From: Escherichia phage RB14
Strand: one strand, 5' to 3'
DNA: 64,000 bases
Sequence record: NC_012638.1
This document shows positions 60,628 to 64,000 of this stretch, piece by piece. The stretch's first letter is position 1. Every line of letters starts with the position of its first letter. Under the pieces are notes generated by a model. That model made no database searches, was not told the DNA's origin, and was given only the letters and a program-made list of their open reading frames with translations. The translations under genes were made by a program, and so were the position numbers.

Positions 60628-61463
60628 TAGAATGCTCCTTGGAAAATATTATCACCACCAGTAGGTCTATTATACAAATACTCTATGCCACCAGGTTTAA
60701 TATAGTTCCATGTCTGAAACGGATGTGTCTGATATGGATGATATAGATTATAAGGATTAAATCCAGGAGTTCTCCAGGTAGTGTTCCAAGGAAAAGAATC
60801 ATTTTTAATCATCTTTTCAATTACATCTTTTATAGCTTTTTCACTATCAAAACTTTCTTTATTTTCCTTCGATGGAAAAAGCTTATTCTCTACATCATTC
60901 CATGTATAAACTCGCTGCGCAGTTTTTGGAATACTGTCACGCTCCCCTCGAGCCATCCAATAAACAGGAACATTTAATATTTCACTCGCGTGATCGCAGT
61001 GGTGAGCGAGATCGTCAATATAACAAATTACGTTATATTTCTCTTTTGCCTTTTTGAACAACTCTTCTTTTGAAGAATCATGACCACACATCAATACTTC
61101 TGAGAAGGCACCAGGAAAAAGAGCATTCAAATTAAATTGACGATTTAGCAGAGCGTCAATAGAATCACCCAATGCTGTAACAGCTACAAAATTATAATCT
61201 TCTTTTAATTTGTTAATTACACACAGGGCATCTTTATACGGAGACAAGTAACGAATAAAATCTGAACGATTGTATTTTTCAATTAACTTGACACCAAGTT
61301 CTTCATCGCAATTAAAGAGCTTACCAGGAGAAATAAATTTTTCGTCCTGAATCATTTTTAAAATATGTTCCAACGGAAGATTATATTTTTGGGCAAAATA
61401 AGGAAGACCTGATTGCCAGCTTAAACATACACCATCAATATCAGTCAAAATAGTAGGCTTCAT
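60627..61463 (-). CDS. HAD-superfamily-like hydrolase (putative)
   Basis: 278 aa; N-terminal LTDIDGV resembles HAD motif I (DxDG[TV]). Confidence 0.55.
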   Translation of the reverse strand: MKPTILTDIDGVCLSWQSGLPYFAQKYNLPLEHILKMIQDEKFISPGKLFNCDEELGVKLIEKYNRSDFIRYLSPYKDALCVINKLKEDYNFVAVTALGDSIDALLNRQFNLNALFPGAFSEVLMCGHDSSKEELFKKAKEKYNVICYIDDLAHHCDHASEILNVPVYWMARGERDSIPKTAQRVYTWNDVENKLFPSKENKESFDSEKAIKDVIEKMIKNDSFPWNTTWRTPGFNPYNLYHPYQTHPFQTWNYIKPGGIEYLYNRPTGGDNIFQGAF

Positions 61464-61918
61464 AGAGAGTCTCTTAATAGGTTTAACACATCAATAAATT
61501 CAGCTTCGGTTAATATTGTATCATCTTTTGTTAGACTACTAGCCATGCTGTGCTTCAAAACTTTTCCTTTCGAGGCTTGTAATGCATCACGAAAGCCCTT
61601 GTTTTGAATCGCTGCCTCAAAATACGCATTTGTGTATAATTCTTTCCACGCTGGAGAGTATCTTGAAAACGGAACTCCGAGCCAGAAGAGGGTCCCACGG
61701 TCCTGAGCTCTAGCATAAGACCTTCCAGCTTGTTGGGCGGCAAGCCCGGATAACCCAAATACACGACGTTGCTGTTCAACATTTTTCACCTTACATCCTT
61801 GGAGAAATCCTTCAAGACCTCCAAATTGGATACCATCCATAACAAAAGGCCATTGGGCGAAATTACTTAATGCACACGATGGCCATCTAAAATTGCTTCT
61901 AATCTCTAACTCAGACAT
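61460..61918 (-). CDS. YbiA/NADAR (DUF1768)-like protein, putative ADP-ribose-related N-glycosidase
   Basis: 152 aa from ATG 61918 (ORF-track frame starts 2 codons earlier on TTG); LSNFAQWPFVMDG...LEGFLQGCK closely parallels E. coli YbiA FSNFAAWPIKVDG...SEHYFQAQK. Confidence 0.6.
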   Translation of the reverse strand: MSELEIRSNFRWPSCALSNFAQWPFVMDGIQFGGLEGFLQGCKVKNVEQQRRVFGLSGLAAQQAGRSYARAQDRGTLFWLGVPFSRYSPAWKELYTNAYFEAAIQNKGFRDALQASKGKVLKHSMASSLTKDDTILTEAEFIDVLNLLRDSL

Positions 61919-62117
61919 TTTCAATACTTATAATTTCAACATCAGCCCAATGACCATAGCAAGGAAGACGAAATTCAACTGGCCAGTTAGGGTCCTTTTC
62001 TAATATAATAGACTTAACTTGTGGTTCTTCATGTTCATCAGTATATGGATTTTTATCTGTTACTTTATATGTGACCTTAATGTACTGAATTCCAAAAATC
62101 TTATAAATTATATTCAT
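61911..62117 (-). CDS. hypothetical protein
   Basis: 68 aa ORF with ATG. Confidence 0.55.
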   Translation of the reverse strand: MNIIYKIFGIQYIKVTYKVTDKNPYTDEHEEPQVKSIILEKDPNWPVEFRLPCYGHWADVEIISIENV

Positions 62118-62311
62118 ACTAATTCCTTTAATCCGTAAATAGGAGATAATTCATCACCCATACGAAGGTCTTCATTTCCATCTACCCAGGAAACAATATA
62201 AGCCTCTTTTATTTGAACACCACTCCATTTAAATGGAGGTAGAACCTTAGAAATTAATCCAGGTATACCAACTCCCTTTAATTCAACAGTTTGACCTAAA
62301 AAGAATTTCAT
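62114..62311 (-). CDS. hypothetical protein
   Basis: 65 aa ORF with ATG; 4-nt overlaps with both neighbours. Confidence 0.55.
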   Translation of the reverse strand: MKFFLGQTVELKGVGIPGLISKVLPPFKWSGVQIKEAYIVSWVDGNEDLRMGDELSPIYGLKELV

Positions 62312-62598
62312 CAGAACCTCATCTGAAAGCCGTGTGATTTAACATTACCGCCGCCAATATCAGAAATATTAATTTCACGCGCAATTGAAGGGTCAATGTC
62401 AATTTCACGATTAAGTTTAGCGATAGCTAAAGTATCACGCCCATTTACTGTACGGAATTCTAAAGGACAAACCACATCAACATAATTTTTAATCGATTCA
62501 CTGGTAGGTTGCAAATGAGCAGGAAGGTCTTTAGGCGCCTTAGAGAAAACAACTTCACAGAAATTTTTGCGGGTATCAAAATAAGTAGTCATAAACAT
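62311..62598 (-). CDS. hypothetical protein
   Basis: 95 aa from ATG 62598 with GAGGAAAATACT leader; ORF-track frame extends to TTG at 62649 across a hairpin. Confidence 0.6.
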   Translation of the reverse strand: MFMTTYFDTRKNFCEVVFSKAPKDLPAHLQPTSESIKNYVDVVCPLEFRTVNGRDTLAIAKLNREIDIDPSIAREINISDIGGGNVKSHGFQMRF

Positions 62599-62615
62599 AG
62601 TATTTTCCTCAGTAA

Positions 62616-62629
62616 GGGGCCGAAGCCCC
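62616..62629. other. stem-loop GGGGCCGAAGCCCC (U-tract on plus strand side)
   Basis: Third identical copy of this 14-mer; followed on plus strand by TTTTTTATTTT, so could terminate antisense transcription. Confidence 0.45.
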
Positions 62630-62638
62630 TTTTTTATT

Positions 62639-63004
62639 TTAAATATCAAATTCGTTAAGAACTACATCAAAGATTGCTTCAAGATGCTCAGGTTTAGCTC
62701 TATTACTCAGAATATGACGAATCCAAGTTTTAACCAGAAGCTTACGATTAACGCCATTCCAGCAAGGATGAGTCCCTAAATCACGTTGACGAAAATCATC
62801 ATCTAATGCGATTTTAAAAGAAGAACCTTCTTTCGTGATTGAAACTGTAATACCGTTTTCAAATCGCATATAAACATAGTTAGGAGTCATATACTGTTCA
62901 ATTTCGCATACTGAACCATTTTGATGTTTCCAAAGGCAGATAGTATCAATAGAACCTGCAATACCGTTAGAAACATATTTACGTTCAAAGTTGATGTAGT
63001 TCAT
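62639..63004 (-). CDS. hypothetical protein
   Basis: 121 aa from ATG 63004 in conserved TTGGAGAATAAA-ATG leader; ORF-track frame starts on TTG 63016. Confidence 0.6.
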   Translation of the reverse strand: MNYINFERKYVSNGIAGSIDTICLWKHQNGSVCEIEQYMTPNYVYMRFENGITVSITKEGSSFKIALDDDFRQRDLGTHPCWNGVNRKLLVKTWIRHILSNRAKPEHLEAIFDVVLNEFDI

Positions 63005-63029
63005 TTTATTCTCCAAGATGTTTAATTGC

Positions 63030-63069
63030 GGTACAGGTATATAATATCATATCCTGTACCAAAGTAAAC
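63030..63069 (-). promoter_or_regulatory. T-even early-type promoter with embedded 8-bp inverted repeat
   Basis: Minus GTTTAC (63064..63069), 17-nt spacer, TATTAT (63041..63046); inverted repeat GGTACAGG/CCTGTACC (63030..63060) spans -10 and spacer. Confidence 0.5.
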
Positions 63070-63071
63070 AA

Positions 63072-63404
63072 TTATTTTACTACTTTCCAATGCTTCATAT
63101 CAAGTTTACCAACTTTTTTCATCTTCTCAATTAAGCGTTCGGCACGTTGGCGAGCTGTAACATAATACCATTCACCTAATTCATTTTGTTCAATTTTTCC
63201 AACGATTACTGTATTCAATTCATAAATCCAACCAGTAAAGAAATTATGAACTTGAATTGTAAAGGTGAAATCTGTTCCCATACCTTCTGTTGTTTCTACT
63301 TCAATAATATCACCTTCAACTGCCATTAAGAACCACATAGTTTCATCATATTTACCATTGAAGCATTTAGTTTTAACTGCAGCGTTCAGATTAATCGTTT
63401 TCAT
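63072..63404 (-). CDS. hypothetical protein
   Basis: 110 aa ORF, ATG with AAGGAGAATAAA leader. Confidence 0.6.
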   Translation of the reverse strand: MKTINLNAAVKTKCFNGKYDETMWFLMAVEGDIIEVETTEGMGTDFTFTIQVHNFFTGWIYELNTVIVGKIEQNELGEWYYVTARQRAERLIEKMKKVGKLDMKHWKVVK

Positions 63405-63419
63405 TTTATTCTCCTTTGT

Positions 63420-63452
63420 TTGTGTAAGATAATACTATCACAAAGGAACCAT
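63420..63452 (-). promoter_or_regulatory. T-even early-type promoter
   Basis: Minus CAAAGTTGTTTACAG (GTTTAC at plus 63446..63451), 18-nt spacer, TAGTAT; same extended motif as ip-gene promoters. Confidence 0.5.
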
Positions 63453-63491
63453 ACTGTAAACAACTTTGTGCAATCTTTGGAAAATAAAAAA

Positions 63492-63512
63492 GGACTCCCG
63501 AAGGAGTCCTCA
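63492..63512 (-). terminator. rho-independent terminator
   Basis: Minus-strand hairpin GGACTCC-TTCG-GGAGTCC followed by TTTTTTATTTT, just downstream of 63515..63691. Confidence 0.7.
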
Positions 63513-63514
63513 AC

Positions 63515-63691
63515 TTATGCTTTCTGCTTACCAAAACGAGAAGCATCATCTCGAAGAACCGCACGTGCTCGGCGCATGATCTTCTCAACAGTTTGATTGA
63601 TACGAGAGTTCGACCCACGCTTGTAACCAGCGCGTTTAGAATCACCAACTTTCTTTTCAACTGCTTTCTTTGCTTTAGCTTGTTTTGCCAT
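63515..63691 (-). CDS. hypothetical small basic protein (58 aa)
   Basis: ATG at 63691 (MAKQAKAKKAVEKK...); ORF-track frame extends further upstream; weak RBS. Confidence 0.45.
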   Translation of the reverse strand: MAKQAKAKKAVEKKVGDSKRAGYKRGSNSRINQTVEKIMRRARAVLRDDASRFGKQKA

Positions 63692-64000
63692 TATAAATTC
63701 TCTTTTAAATGAAAATGCAGGACTTATTGGCATTGCCTGCGCAAGCCCTCAAGGGGAACATAGGTTTTGAATATTTACCGACAGGATAACCATAAACCCG
63801 TCATCATTCACATTCAAGAGGTACACCATAAAACTGCCGGGGTCTTAAAACTATAATGATTCGCAAATCATTAATCAGACAGTTCGATGGCTCCTCGATT
63901 TTAGCTCACACTAAGGCAGTGAATCTCCAATAAATTACTTCAATGTTACCACAAAGTGACGAACTGCTTTTCGTGCAGCAGAAGCCAGAGGCTTGGCATA

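Noticed and set aside
63734-64000. Possible 3' end of a minus-strand gene entering from beyond the window
   Set aside because: Only about 20 codons before a stop in any frame; too short to call.

Overview
This window reads as a contiguous segment of a T4-like (T-even, Tequatrovirus-type) myovirus genome, identified by recalled similarity of the translated ORFs to T4 proteins and by gene order; no database search was run. From low to high coordinate it contains: (1) a minus-strand early region of small variable genes, three internal-protein genes carrying capsid-targeting leaders, and a 10-gene tRNA array followed by a structured non-coding stretch and terminator; (2) minus-strand genes 57B-57A-1-3-2-4; (3) the plus-strand late structural module 53-5-5.1-5.4-6-7-8-9-10-11-12-wac-13-14-15-16-17-18-19-20-67-68-21-22-23-24; (4) rnlB-hoc-inh (minus), segD-uvsW-uvsW.1 (plus), uvsY-25-26 (minus), 51-27-28-29-48-54 (plus); (5) two tandem Alt-family ADP-ribosyltransferase genes, DNA ligase (30) and a run of small early genes (minus). 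The structural core looks conventional. The parts most worth a second look are the internal-protein cassette at 5.9-6.7 kb, the tandem Alt paralogs with a nearby YbiA/NADAR-like gene, and the tRNA array with its adjacent structured RNA region. No CRISPR array, rRNA, integrase or transposase was seen. All coordinates were derived by hand; minus-strand starts were moved to the first ATG with a Shine-Dalgarno where the ORF track began on TTG.
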